NCBI RefSeq assembly: GCF_004010195.1
Contig: NC_057718.1
Location: forward strand, 49,850,791 to 49,914,790
Direction of reading: 5' to 3'
DNA from: Chiloscyllium plagiosum
Taxonomy: Eukaryota
Length of the DNA stretch: 64,000 nt
Below, piece after piece: positions 47,573-61,440 of this stretch (the stretch's first letter is position 1; each line of letters starts with the position of its first letter). The position numbers were made by a program, and so were the translations under genes. The notes under the pieces were generated by a model. It was not told the origin of the DNA. It made no database searches and saw nothing but the letters and a program-made list of their open reading frames with translations.

Positions 47573-50500
47573 TGTAATGAGATTCTTATAAAACATGGAA
47601 ATATAACTAATTGCATGATTCTGACATCAGAAAGAGAGAAGGCACTCATCTAGAATGAGCATGTAAAGAAAAAATTCTTGGACACAACACCAGAGTGCAG
47701 TATTGGACGACATATCACCAGACGTTAACAGGGGAGTGCTGTAGTACATAGGAGTTGGAGAGCCCTATTTAAGGATAAAGAGCGAGCAAACCCACAGTTC
47801 AGCTACTCCAGACCCATAAACTCGAGGTGTAGTTAGATGTATTGGCTTAAATCATAAGATTAAGCATAATGGCAGCGATGGAACAAACCTCTGGAACCAG
47901 GATCTGGAGATAACTCATGGGATACAGTGGAACAGGGGAGACTGCTAATGCTGGACAGGACCTTGAAAACCTTTGAAGGTGCAACCAAGAGAAAAACAAA
48001 AGATTCCAAAGGTTGGGAAAAGATTTGGGAAGGCTTTGGCTACTAAACCGGAAGATTCTGGCAAGTGGAGAAAAAGAACCTTGAAGAACTTTGTAGCTGA
48101 GGTACAGATTAGACATACGCTGAAGAGAACACTTCAACAAGAAACATTCCAAGCACTCAACCAAATCAGTCAGGTGTGATCCTGTTGGCAGCTCTGGTAG
48201 GGACAAGAGTGAGGATGCTGGAAGCAGTAGTTTCAAATCTGTAGAATGGTTTTAGCTTACATGCAAATGAGACATGCCATCAAGTTAGCACATTTTATAA
48301 CCTGTAGGTCCAATAGTTAATGACGTTCCAGTGAGGCAACATGTGAAAGAAAATATTGTGGAGTGTATTGCATTGATAAAATAATTTACTCCTTATGTTA
48401 GCCCCAAAATAAATTTAGTGATAGAATAGATTGAATTAAAGTCTTTAGCATTTAGAGTCATAGAGCCTTAGAGATGTACAGCACAGAAACAGACCCTTTG
48501 GTCCACCTCGTCCATGCTGACCAGATATCCTAACCTAATCTGGTCCCATTTGCCAGAACCTGGCCCCTATCCCTCTAAACCCTTCCTATTCATATGCACA
48601 TCCAAATGCCTTTTAAATGTTTTAATTCCACCTGCCTCTACCGCTTTCTCTGACAGCTCATTACATAGATGCACCACCCTTTGCGTGAAAAAGTTACCCC
48701 TTAGGTCCCTTTTAAATTTTCCCCTCTGGACTCCCCTACCCACCAAAAAGACCTTGTCTATTAATCCTATCCATACCCCTCATGATTTTATAAACCTCTA
48801 TAAGGTCACCCCTGAGTCTCCAATGCTCCATGGAAAACAGCCCCAAACTATTCAGCCTCTCCCTATAGCTCAAATCCTCCAACCCTGGCAACATCTTGTA
48901 AATCTTTTTTGAACCCTTTCAAATTTCACTGCATCCTTCTGATAGGAACGACACCAGAAATGCACACAATATTCCAAAAGTGGCCTAACCAATGTCCTGT
49001 ACAGCTGAAACATGACCTCCCAACTCCTATACTCGATGCTCTGACCAATAAAGGAAAGCATACTAAACACCTTCTTCACTATCCTATCTAATTGTAACTC
49101 CACTTTCAAGGAAATATGAACCTGCATTCCAAGGTCTCTTTGTTCAGCAACACTCACCAGGACCTTACAATTAAGTGTATAAATCCTGCTATGATTTGTT
49201 TTTCCAACATGCAGTACCTCACATTTATCTAAATTAAACTCTATCTGCCACTCCTCAGCTCATTGGCCCATCTGATCAAGATCCCGTTGTACTCTGAAGT
49301 AACCTTCTTCACTGTCCACTACACCTCCAATTTTGGTGTCATGTGTCAACTTATTAACTATACCTCCTATGTTCACATCCAAATCATTTATATAAATGAC
49401 GAAAAGCAGTGGACCCAGCACCAATCTATGTGGCACGCCACTGGTCGCTCACCTCCAGTCTGTAAAGCAATCCTCCACCACCACCCTTGGTCTTCTACCT
49501 TTGTGAAAATTTATAGAATTTAAACCTTTAAATTTAAACCTTAACAGCGGATTCATATCATCTAACAGCACTTTGAGAAAATGGAACTTTGAAGAATAAA
49601 TGAATTATTGATCATGTGGTAGTTGTTGCAAGGGATAATAGGTTACCAGAATTTCTTTGAAAAGGACTTCACATTAAAAGAGACAAACTAATTCACTGCA
49701 CAAGCATAAATGAAGGTTCAAATGTTTCAGTACTGCAAGGGAACATCAAGGATTTCTCTGATACAGTCAGATCTGTAGAACAAAAGCTGACAATGCCACC
49801 CTCCCAAAGACCCACCAAAATGACAACAGAACTGGAAACAACACCTTCAGCTGTGTCAGGTTGTATAAGAAACGACTCTCACTTGAATCACAAGTACAAT
49901 GAATGTCCACCAGAGGGAGCTGAAATCCATAAGCATGACCAGATAGGAAAATTTAGGAGAGTTATAAATTAACAACAGGGACAAATTAAGGTCCTGTAAA
50001 AGCTAATTTTCTAGAGAAATGGGAAACACAAATGTCCCAAAAAATTACAGCTTCAGAACTTCAGGTGAAAATATTGTTCCTAGGGAAGGTCAGAGTCAAA
50101 ACAGTTTCTGGGCCATCAACTTGAAACAGAATTTAAACTCAACACAGGAGGAGTTGTTTCAATGGTAGCAGACAGCTTGCTGTGATTGAAGCCCATGAGT
50201 CAGACCAATCAACCTAAAATTTCAAGGTCCAGGAACTGTAGCTCTTAAGGTGCATCGGCAAATCACCAAAAGGTTTTTTTGCTGAGGTTGAAATGTCAAA
50301 TTACTAAGGAATGGGAGCATCCCATTGTTGATTGGACTTGTATATTTTTTCTCGGTCTCTTCCAGAGATACAATAGTTTACAATGAAAACTGGGGAGAAT
50401 ATTGGCAAAATTGCTAAAAATGTTCAAAGATTTCAGCAAAATGAAACAGGAGAATCACATTAATCTGCAAGAAGGTGATTAGCACATTTGCTGGTACACT

Positions 50501-52357
50501 CCCAGAAAAATATCTCCTTCGCTGATGGGAAAAATAAACTCAGTTAAGCCGCTTCATCGAAAGCAGAGTCACATTACGCCATGGCAGAGCTGTTACAATA
50601 GTGCTCAAGGCTATTATCTAGGGAACTAAGATTGTGTGTGGATCTGACTCGGTTAACAAAACAGTCAAGAAGGAAGTCCACTCTATTTCATCATTGGAAA
50701 ATAGTTTGGCAAAATTGGCAATACGCGAGTTTTTTCACAAACCTGGATGGCAACAGTGGGTACTGGCAAACATATTGAGGTCAAGAGCCAAGCAAGTTGA
50801 CTACATTAATTGCACTTATGGCTTTTCATTGTTTCAATTGTCTTCCATTTGGGGTCTTCTGTGCACCAAAGCTTTTCCAACTGGCAACATACAGAATCCT
50901 GGAAGGAAATCAGGGAACCATTTACCATATAGAAGATGTCCTCATTGATGGTAAAACGAAGAAAGAACACAACCAGAGGGCTACAGATGTGTTAAAGGCA
51001 ATATAGGCAAGTCATGGTCTAAATGCGAGAAATAATTTTTCTGGAATGATAATCAAATTTCTGGGACAAGTCTTGAAAAACAACAGAATCAACACTTGAC
51101 AATAATGGAAAATTTGTTGTAGTATAGTCATAGAATGATTCTACCAAAGGCAATGTGTAGAGAAATGTTACAGAATTTCACCTGAGGGCATCTAGGTATC
51201 ACAAAGTGCAGAGGAAGAGTATAATAAGATTCAAGGATCAGAGTAGTGAAAGGATTGTTTGTGATACCAGGCTTTCCAGAAATATTAATATTGGAGAACA
51301 AACCTCAATGTATAGATGGAGGTACACATCTGCCAGATGATATTTTTTCCACTCCATAAGTCCTCTCCATCAGTGGACTAGAGAGGTTGAAACAGCAGTC
51401 AAGACTGTGAAATCACTGATGGATAAGGGATCAGACTGCTAATGGATAGGAGGGTAAAAACAGGAGTACCAGTTTTAGAACACAATCTCTGGCTAAACAT
51501 AACCCCTCAAGATCACACAAAGGTAAAACTACTGGAGAAAAAAACCACAGCAAAAGCAGTTGAAGTGGTCAAAGTCTTGACATAGGATTAAAATGCTGTC
51601 AACCTAAAAATGGGGACAAACAATATGGTTAAGGACTGGAAGTCAGAAGCCGTTGTTAACAGACAACCAAATCACCTGAGAATTTTATTTTTTCAGAAAG
51701 CCTGAAGAGACATTCTGACAAAAAAGGAAGGTTTTGACCTTACTCAAGACAAGAAGTAAGAGCAAGTATGATGATCATTGAATATTGGGCAGCCATTCCT
51801 ATCAGACAATGTAAAGACAGATACAGTTATTTCAGATGGAGTATAACACCATTGGTCTATTGATAGCTCTGGTGACCCTGATTCGGATGTCCAATCTGAG
51901 TTCCAGATTGTCTTGACCTTTGGGTGGGTAGATAGTGACAATGGTGATGATAGTGATCATATCAATTGCAATGTTAATGATGATGTTAATGATTACAGGC
52001 TAATAAGCAGAGGTAAACTATTAGAATAATGTAGACCAAGTAGAGAGAAATGTGGACAGATGTGATATAATGAAATTCATGATGATGTGACTGACTACAT
52101 GACTCTAACATCTAGAAGAGTGAAGGCGCAATTCTAGAATGAGCATGTGATGTGACATAACATTACGGAGGTGTATTTGATAACCTATTATGTACAGATG
52201 TAGATAAAGGATTGTTATAGTACAGAAGGAGTTGAAGAGCTTTACTTAAAGAGAAGGAACAAGCAATCTCAGAAATACTTGTATGTACAGGTGCACCTAG
52301 CTTGAGATACTCCAGACCTATCTCAATGTACAGATAGCAGCATTGGCTTCAAACACA
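47573..52357 (+). mobile_element. Ancient Gypsy LTR retrotransposon with two diverged LTRs (~47573-47865 and ~52060-52357)
   Basis: Shared LTR blocks tctagaatgagcatgt, ggagttg(g/a)agagc, tactccagacc, attggctt; PBS-like tggcagcg after the 5' LTR; RT remnant FNCLPFGVFCAPKLFQ..HIEDVLIDGKTKKEHNQR; integrase EGHLGITKCRGR. Confidence 0.8.
48454..49503 (-). mobile_element. CR1 LINE 3' portion inserted in the Gypsy element
   Basis: ORF 48870..49157 EQRDLGMQVHISLKV..LYRTLVRPLLEYCVHFW; CR1 tail at 48454. Confidence 0.92.
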
Positions 52358-54089
52358 AAATAATGCAAAGCCCCAAATCAAAACTTGTGCAAACCACCAA
52401 TTGAAAAGGACTTCCTAAGAAGGAAATGAATATGTTAGAAGTGATCAACTGTCCATTACTGCATTGTTACTTTGTAATTAATGTGATATATAATACGTTG
52501 ATTCCAAATTATATGGACTAATCACATTATATTCCAATTAGTTAAATATGAGCATAATTGTCATAAAAGAAAAATATTGCTGTTGAATTTATTAGCTACT
52601 TGTAATGTAATATGACAAGTTATTGATCTTCTCACTGATTAAGGCAAATATGACAATTACAGTGCTTGATTTTTATTCACAAATATTTATGAAATGTGCA
52701 TGATACCATTGCTGGTGTCAAATGTATCTTCTTTTGAATTCTAGAATTCATCTTCCACCACACATTAGTGAAAGGCTGTTGAGCTAGGCCTGGATCCTAT
52801 CCTGGCAATAATGGTTATAGAAAGTAACCATCAAATGTAAAGCATTCAGCTTGTGGGGTGAGAAAATGAACAGCAGTAGTTGATTGTGTTTTCCATAAGA
52901 GATATTTGAATCGCTTAAATGGTCAACCCGATATTTCCTGGTTTAATTTTCTCCATGGAATGTTGCTTAATCTGCACAATGCCAACCTTAAATATTAAAA
53001 TCTCTATTATTTTATTATTTTTACATCCTGTTCCCAGAGATTTGAACTTGAAGTGGAAGGGCACCAACTTTGGTAAGATAGTGGCATACGCAGCCCTATT
53101 GTCTTCCTACCAGCACCAGAACTAAGTGGCTTCTCACCTCCACTAAATAATTTCTAGCCAGGAAGGAGCATCCTGGGAAGCAAGGTGTCAACTGACAACA
53201 ATTGTCAATGTGGTTATCCCCGAAGCAGGTGGACTTGCACCATCGAGAATATATCTGTCTTTGTCAATGCCTTGTCTGGATGTAAACAACTGCACAGTCT
53301 TCATCAGACTAAACCTGAATGTTTGAATGCATATGGGCTTTTTTGAGGCTTTCTTCCATCCTAATTTATTTGTTCACAGATTGAAGTAATTTTCAAATAT
53401 CTTTAATACTTTGTTAACAATGTCTGTGTCTTCTGTTATACTTTGGCATTTTATAATGTTCAGCTTTAGAATATACTGAACACAAAAATGTATTAAATTG
53501 TTGAACATCAGATATACGGTTTCATTTTCAAAGCAGTTCTGTGGCCGGAGAATTGCTTACTCCAAGGCCTCTGTTCGATTTGGCCAAGTGCTGACATTAA
53601 ATCTTTTGAGAAGTATTAATTCTCTTTCCACTTCTTAATATTCTTATTACTGAAAAATGATTTAAAACCATAGCTTCTCACTGCTTGTAATTTGCTGTCT
53701 TCAGGCTTGTGTTCTTGCAACAAATCAATGTAGTTTAAATTCTGCTGTCTAAACATTTCTTCAGACATTAAGACTTTATTATAGCAATGCAGCTGCATTT
53801 CCTTTGGCTGCAAGCTTGTAAATTCTATATTTTAGCAATAGCATATGTTACAATCAAAAGATGATCTCACATTGAAAAGAAATATAGTGGTAGAAGTGAT
53901 GTAATTTGAAAACAGCACAAGAGAATGATGGGAGCAGAAAGCCAATCAAGCTCAAGAATCTCATCACATTTCATCACGTTCCAGAGTTCAAAAACATTAA
54001 GACAGCACATGATAGAGCATTACAAAATATCTTTAATTTCATTGATGCTAGAACATACTGTTGTAAATGTAGAGTTAAAAAAAAACACA

Positions 54090-55000
54090 CATGCACATAA
54101 ACAGAAACACTGCCCAGCATTATCACACCAATTTAACTTTTGTAAGAAGATGGAATATTTCCAGAAATTGTTCAAGAGTAATCATTGAAATGCAAAATTA
54201 ATAATGCAAATGTGCACAAAACATTAATACCTTGCAGCAAGCAGCTTTGAAAGAACACCCAGAATATGAAGACTTAACTTCATGAAGACACATGCCACCT
54301 TTGGAAAATGTGAATCAACCATTCCAAGAAGTAATACTTGACTTGTTTGAAGTAGATATCACATAGACCATGCAGGTTAACACTCATCAAACCAATTTCA
54401 AGCTTGACACAGTGGGAAGTGTTTCTGTAGCTGCTGAGAAAATATCCTGGTTGCTGAGGGGGAAACTATTATCTAATGGCAGAGAAGTGAATGGTACGGT
54501 TGGAACACCAGTCAAGATCGAAGAAGTGATGAGAATAGCACGTGAAATACAGGGACCAATTCAGAGTAAAATACATGTGCATTAACAGAAATTGACACGT
54601 CTCACTTTGAGCAGAAAAGCATGCTTCACTCCTAAATTCTGAGAATGTGTCGAAGAATATCAACCAGCTCAGAAGCCAAACACCAGTGATGAGCATAACC
54701 TTACTCCACAAGAAGATTTGACAAAGTTCAGAATATTCGCTGAATCCAGGATAAGTGCACCACTTGAAATGCACTAATTTGGTACCCAACAACCCTTCAT
54801 GACAGAGAATGCTGATGAAATTGCTTTCCAACCACTCTAAAGGCAAATCTTCAAAATCTGATCATCAAATATCCTTCACACCACAACCATCTGGAATTTG
54901 TAGTGGACTTTTGATGCAATCAATTCAGCCATTTTGAAGAAACAGTACCAAAACTGTACAGTCAGTTTTACTAACTATGATTGAACCTGATAAAATGATG
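54090..55000 (+). pseudogene. Gypsy gag-pol remnant (zinc knuckle and aspartic protease)
   Basis: CPALSHQFNFCKKMEYFQKLFKS (degenerate CCHC); QVNTHQTNFKLDTVGSVSV (protease LDTG-like); LSRKAC. Confidence 0.7.
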
Positions 55001-55059
55001 ATGTCAGCTAAGAGAATATAGGTGAGATTGGAAATATCATTAAAAAACTATATCTTTGT

Positions 55060-55341
55060 TTTAGATTAGATTACTTACAGTGTGGAAAAAGGCCCTTTGG
55101 CCCAACAAGTCCACACCAAAGAGCAAACCACCCCCCGATATTTACCCCTTCACCTAACACTACAGGCAATTTATCATGGCCAATTCACCTAACCTGTACA
55201 TCTTTGGACTGTGGGAGAAAACTCACACAGACATGGGGAGAATGTGCAAACTCCACACAGACAGTTCCTAAGTTGGGAATTGAACTCAGGTCTCTGGCTG
55301 TGTGAGGCAGCAGTGCTAACCATTATGCCACCATGCCACCC
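55060..55341 (-). mobile_element. HE1-type SINE
   Basis: ttagattagattacttacagtgtggaaa tail through ...gcagtgctaaccattatgccaccatgccaccc. Confidence 0.9.
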
Positions 55342-58300
55342 CAAAAGAGGTTAGTTCTTTCAGAGACATAACTAATTTCTCTGAAATCTTTTGAGAAAAC
55401 TAAAGATCTTTCAATGGAGACAGATGTTCAACTGCACATCACTGCTAGAGGGTGCTGCCAGCAAAGAGCCCATGGGAAATCAAAGATCTGCCCAATTCCA
55501 GTGTGGCCACAAATTGTACCGGAATATTTTGTCCTTAACAAAACAAATCCCGGAACTCAAAGATCCAGTATGGTTCCAGTGGGGCAATGAAATGAGTGCT
55601 TAGACTTGAAATGGAAGACTTTCAACTCAATGAAGTCATTAGTCATTTATAATGTCAGACACTTTAGGGGGAGATGGTGTTGTAATAAGTTAACTTTACT
55701 TATTTGAAACAATTATATAATGAATTTATTAGCTGGATAAAAGCTTGGGGGTGGGGGCATGTACAATACAGTTGGTATGCAATCGAGATAAGTGACGGCA
55801 TGAGATAGGCTTTACCCATCAGAATTTAAAGGACTACTCCAAGGAGGAGCTAACCAGCTCATTTTTCTGGTTCTGTGCTTATTACCAATCTGTATCACAA
55901 TGTTTTAGCAGCAGTAGTGTGAACCTACTCTTAAGAATTAGATTCTGGATGATTTTTATCTGTTTTTGTTCTCGAATATCAATTTGGTGCATGTTTCCCT
56001 GAAGGAACAAGAATACAGAATCCTCTCCTTTACAATTATTTAGGGACACAGCACATCCTCTCCGAAAGTGTAGAATTCTCCTCATCAGACCAGCCAGAAA
56101 ATTTATTTAAACTTTCCAATGCACTGCCAGGGATGGACTACCTATTAAACCAGCAGAAATCAGCTGTTTGTGAATTTGCACTCAGCCACCTTTAATTAAA
56201 GAATGACGTCATTGCCATGAGTTCACTTTAGACAATCCCCTTACGTCCTTTGTTAAGGATTCAAATTCTAGTTGCAATTAAGATCCAATAAAACACAAAT
56301 GTGCACATTCCACTGTTCCTTCACACCAATGACATATCACTTATCCTGTTTAGCATGCTGTGCCCCAGATGATTCCAAATCTTATCTTCAAGTAAATTAA
56401 ACTTTTACTAAAATAATCATCTGCACCAAAAGAAACTGCAGATATAATCAACTCCAACTACACTAATCCAACTGTACTGCTTTAATATTCTGAATTGGGA
56501 TTTTGTATCAATAAGTTGTATATCTATGACAGTAGAGAATACCATCTCATGAATAACCTATCACATCATTTCTCAATTTAGTCTTCTAAGCAAGAAATAC
56601 TGCTGTACTCTTTATAGCTCCCCTATGATTGCTTAAATTTCCATAACAGCCCCATTATTAGAATTTAATAAGCTGCTGTAGCCCTAGTTACAGATCGATG
56701 GTGCCTTGCCTTATGTTTTTTTTGTGTCTGCTAGTGTTTTTACTTACTTTATACAGACAATCAAAGAATTATACTTATTCACTTTCATTTGAAATATGAG
56801 ACAAGGGATTTGTGAAGTAATAACTTAGAGCCCATGCAGTACGTACACAATGTAAATAATGCTTTTTCTGACATTCATTTCTTCCCAGTTTATTGCATTT
56901 CCATTATGTGAAGTAGATAAATTATGAAACAGAAATCATCTCATCAAACCCATCTTTTCATATTTTCCATCTAAAAAATGTGAATCAACAGTGAGATTAA
57001 ATTGTACTCCAATTATAAAATACCCTTCACAAACTGAGTTCTCAAGCTCGCCCTTGAGAATATTAAGTTTATACTTGAAACAAAATGTTCTTTGTTTTCT
57101 AGTCTAAATATTGCCTTTTGTTACATTATTGAAATTTGTAATTGTTTGCATCAAATAAACATAAACCTAAGTTACTTGTATAATTAATAGTTCACCACTA
57201 TAGTGTAAATGTTAATCCTGTCAACTAAATGACTTAACAGTTCCATTTTAAAAAAAAGCAAATAAGGGAATAAATAAAGCAAAAGAAAAATCACACACAC
57301 ACACAAACTCCCTGTTGTAGTATGCAATGTGAGAAAGTATGGAAAACACAGAGAAAATGAAAAAAAGATCTGAATCTCGACATTGAGAATATATTTTCTG
57401 GGATTTTCCCATTAAGGCTTAAATGGTGACTTCAGAATCTCACTACTGAGCAGCAATTAACTAATTTCCATGTATTTGCATATTATTATGAGCCTGACAT
57501 CAGCCCTGACATTTGTTGATTGAAACCGGGGGGGGGGGATGGGGTTGTAAGTGGGTCAGTATATTCACACGTCAGAGGTCCAGATGATTAAAATTTAGAT
57601 GACAAGATGAGAAGAGGAACAAAGACAAAAATGGTGATGAGGGCCATGCATTGTTCTGTAGCCCTGCATGACCAAGATGGACTAGCAGATTCGGGCTGCC
57701 ACATTTAAAAATATTCTTCTATGAACAGTATGAATTTGTGTATGTGTGTGCGTGTGTTTGTGTGCGTGTGCATATTTCTCATATGTAGAGAATCCCTGGT
57801 GAAAGAGTTGGGGAGTTATAGTCCACTGGTTCAAATTTACTATGTTGTTCTTGGAGAAGTCCAGCTGCCAATTGGCATCTGTGGCTACAACTTCCAAGGA
57901 GAAGGGAAGTTCTGGGTCTGGTATCGTCAGTGTAGGGAGCTGCTCTCGGGCCTGTTTTAATTCAACAACAGCTTCCTTTTGTTGTTAATTCTATTTCTAC
58001 TGTACATTCCTTTTAAGGAGGTCTGCGAGTGGGGCAGTGTTAGTGGCCAATCATGGTTCTGACACTTAGTCCAAAAGGAACCTCATGAACTCACATCCCT
58101 GGGGAGAGGCAAATGGGTTCTGGCCTCAATGTAATATTGTATGTTTCCCTTGAGGTATCATAGGTCCTGCGTATGTTGCCTGGAACCTCAGAATCTTTAC
58201 CTTCTTGGGTTTAAGTTCTTGTCTGAGGATAGTGAGAACAGTTAACGCTCCCTTAACTGTATTAAATGTTCAATCCTTGTCTTTGTCTGCAGGAGGAGAT

Positions 58301-58595
58301 CATCCATGTACTGTACCAAGCAGATCCATTGGGAAAACCTCTCCTGCCATTGGCAAGTGTCTGATGAAATACGAACGGAGAGTTGTGAAAACCCTGGGGC
58401 AAGCAGAGCCATGTGTATCGTTGGCTCCGATATGTGAAAGTGAATTTAAATTGGCAGTATGGATGCAGGAGGATGGACCAACGTCCATTACAGATCTTCA
58501 GTACAGTGAAATATTTTGCCTGTGGGGTCTGGCTCAAAATGATTTCAGGGTAAATGGTTACTGTTGGTCTTATGATTGGATGGCTTTATTTAGTT

Positions 58596-59015
58596 GAAAA
58601 TGTGTTGCTGGAAAAGTGCAGCAGGTCAGGCAGCATCCAAAGAACAGGAGAATCGATGTTTCGGGCATGAGCCCTTCTTCAGGAATGAGGAAAATGTGTC
58701 CAGCAGGCTAAGATAAGAGGTAGGGAGGACGGACTTGGGGGTGGGGCATTGGAAATGAGATAGGTGGAAGGAGGTCAAGGTGAAGGTGAGGTCAAAACTC
58801 CTTCCACCTATCGCATTTCCAACGCCCCTCCCCCAAGTCCCTCCTCCCTACCTTTTATCTTAGCCTGCTGGACACACTTTCCTCATTCCTGAAGAAGGGC
58901 TCATGCCCAAAACTTCGATTCTCCTGCTCCTTGGATGCTGCCTGACCTGCTGCGCTTTTCCAGTAACACATTTTCAGCTCTGATCGCCAGCATCTGCAGT
59001 CCTCACTTTCTCCTC
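58596..59015. mobile_element. Palindromic Penelope-derived element inserted in the ERV RT
   Basis: ~180-bp inverted arms; 17-bp TSD gatggctttatttagtt at 58579-58595 and 59016-59032. Confidence 0.93.
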
Positions 59016-59583
59016 GATGGCTTTATTTAGTTCCCTGTAATCAATGGTGAGCTGCCAACAGCCATCAGGTTTCTTAACTGACCATATTGGTGAGTTATTT
59101 GTGGATGTTACATGTCATAGGACTTATTGTTTTAACAATGAACTTGACCACCAACCCCTTTTGCCTACTTGGGGAAAGTATAGTGCCTTTTTGCCTTTGG
59201 AGGCCAGTCCATGTATCACTACCTCACTCTCTATATGACTGCAGTCATGTCTGTGACTGGTGAACATACTCTGATGTTATGTGCGAATTCTCTGTGCTAC
59301 TGGGTCCTCAGTCATTTTGTTGGGTCTAATCCACAATTTCCCCAGGGTACACATTTTCTGTGTGCATATGTCTGTCACAATCTCCATTGGTGCCTTATCT
59401 AACCCAGACATTTAGCAAATTCAACAATTGGCTGGGTCAAAAGATAAATTACATTCCCTCATATGTTTTGAGTCTAACATATGCTCAACATCCACGCGAA
59501 GATTAATCGACACAGCTGGGTGATGGCAGACGAAGCTCCCAGTTTACATTCTCTCGGTTCTGTCTCTGCCCCCTTCTTTAGTG

Positions 59584-59753
59584 TACAGGAGAATCGACAT
59601 TTCGGGCATAAGCCCACACTTTCCTCATTCCTGAAGAAGGGCTTATGCCCGAAACGTCGATTCTCCTGTTCCCTGGATGCTGCCTGACCTGCTGCGCTTT
59701 TCCAGCAACACATTTCCAGCTCTGATCTCCAGCATCTGCAGACCTCACTTTCT
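59584..59753 (+). mobile_element. Penelope-derived mini-element with an intact hammerhead motif (59631-59658)
   Basis: 14-bp TSD ccccttctttagtg at 59570-59583 and 59754-59767; short inverted piece at the 5' side. Confidence 0.93.
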
Positions 59754-60284
59754 CCCCTTCTTTAGTGGTCTGGAGAATCCATTCAGAAGGATTTTCTTAT
59801 GGGCGCAGCATGTGTTATCAAAATCTCAGAATGTGTTAAGTGTAATTCTGGACCCTCTTGTGTCTTATTAAAACTCAAAAGTCTGGCCTCCCACTTCACC
59901 ATCCACTAGGGGCTGTCCCACTCTGTCCTCCCTGGTATTGTACACCCACTGAGGAGAGGCGTGGCTTTGTCATGCTTTGGGGAGTTTATCCAGCCAGGGG
60001 TACAAGGAGTTAGATGGTTGGATTTTCTCCACTAAATTTGTCTGTGTGATCTCTCCTACCAAATTAACTGGTTGTTTGTCTGTCTGGTCCTTCTAGCAGT
60101 ATGGATCGGGGTCTTGAGTCTCGCTCCTGTGGTGATGCTAACTACCTGGATAGTCCCGTGTGAAGTATCTGTGCATCCACAATTGGAGCATTTCCTTCAC
60201 TGCTGCCTGGGACCTCCCTGCTGCTGATCCCTATCTCTCACTGCAGGATGGGCGTATGGAAGGGGATGGTTCCAATAATAACTC

Positions 60285-61164
60285 GAGGAGAAAGTGAGGT
60301 CTGCAGATGCTGGAGATCAAAGTTGAAACTTTATTGCTGGAACAGCACAGCAGGTCAGGCAGCATCCAGGGAACAGGAGATTCGACGTTTCGGGCACAGG
60401 CCCTTCTTCAGGAATGAGCAGAGAGTGTTCAGCAGGAGAAGATAAAAGGTAGGGAGGAGGGACTTGGAGGAGGGGAGTTGGAAATGTGATAGGTGGAAAG
60501 AGGTCAAGGTGAGGGTGATAGGTCGGAGTAGGACGGAGGCGGAGAGGTCAAGAAGAAGACTGCAGAAGACTGCAAGAANNNNNNNNNNNNNNNNNNNNNN
60601 NNNNNNNNNNNNNNNNNNNNNNNNNNNNNNNNNNNNNNNNNNNNNNNNNNNNNNNNNNNNNNNNNNNNNNNNNNNNNNNNNNNNNNNNNNNNNNNNNNNN
60701 NNNNNNNNNNNNNNNNNNNNNNNNNNNNNACAGCACAGCAGGTCAGGCAGCATCTAGGGAACAGAAGATTCGACGTTTCGGGCACATGCCCTTCTTCAGG
60801 AATGAGCAGAGAGTGTTCAGCAGGAGAAGATAAAAGGTAGGGAGGAGGGACTTGGAGGAGGGGAGTTGGAAGTGGAGGAGATGCGGTGGAGGGCACCGTC
60901 GACCACGTCGCCTTCCTGACCTGCAGTCTTCTTGTTGACCTCTCCGCCTCCATCCTACTCCGACCTATCACCCTCACCTTGACCTCTTTCCACCTATCAC
61001 ATTTCCAACGCCCCTCCTCCAAGTCCCTCCTCCCTACCTTTTATCTTCTCCTGCTGAACACTCTCTGCTCATTCCTGAAGAAGGGCCTGTGCCCGAAACG
61101 TCGAATCTCCTGTTCCCTGGATGCTGCCTGACCTGCTGTGCTGTTCCAGCAATAAAGTTTCAAC
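60285..61164. mobile_element. Palindromic Penelope-derived element spanning an assembly gap
   Basis: 14-bp TSD tccaataataactc at 60271-60284 and 61165-61178; intact hammerhead motifs at 60384-60411 (minus) and 61075-61102 (plus). Confidence 0.9.
60579..60729. other. Assembly gap (N run)
   Basis: 151 N bases. Confidence 1.
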
Positions 61165-61255
61165 TCCAATAATAACTCCCCTTGTTTCGGTCACCCACTT
61201 TGTCCCTCTGCATGGGACCAGGTTTGGGTGTTTTACTAGTTATGTTTCCACCTTG

Positions 61256-61440
61256 GAGAAAGTGAGGACTGCAGATGATGGAGATCAGAGTCGAAAAGTA
61301 TGAGCTGGAAAAGCACAGCACGTTAGGCAGCATCAGAGAAACAGAGGAGTTGGCGTTTTGAGCAGGAATGCCGACTCTCCTGCTTCTCGGATGCTGCCTG
61401 ACCTGCTGTGTTTTTCCAGCACTGCACTTTTTGACTCGTA
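61256..61440. mobile_element. Older palindromic Penelope-derived mini-element
   Basis: 11-bp TSD tttccaccttg at 61245-61255 and 61441-61451; inverted arms; ribozyme core missing at the centre. Confidence 0.85.

Noticed and set aside
5630..49503. Apparent switch in CR1 orientation (mostly plus before ~33 kb, minus after)
   Set aside because: Too few elements and several exceptions; compatible with chance.
53090..53850. Coding-like minus-strand stretch, possibly a LINE ORF1 remnant
   Set aside because: Many stops and no motif I can identify confidently.
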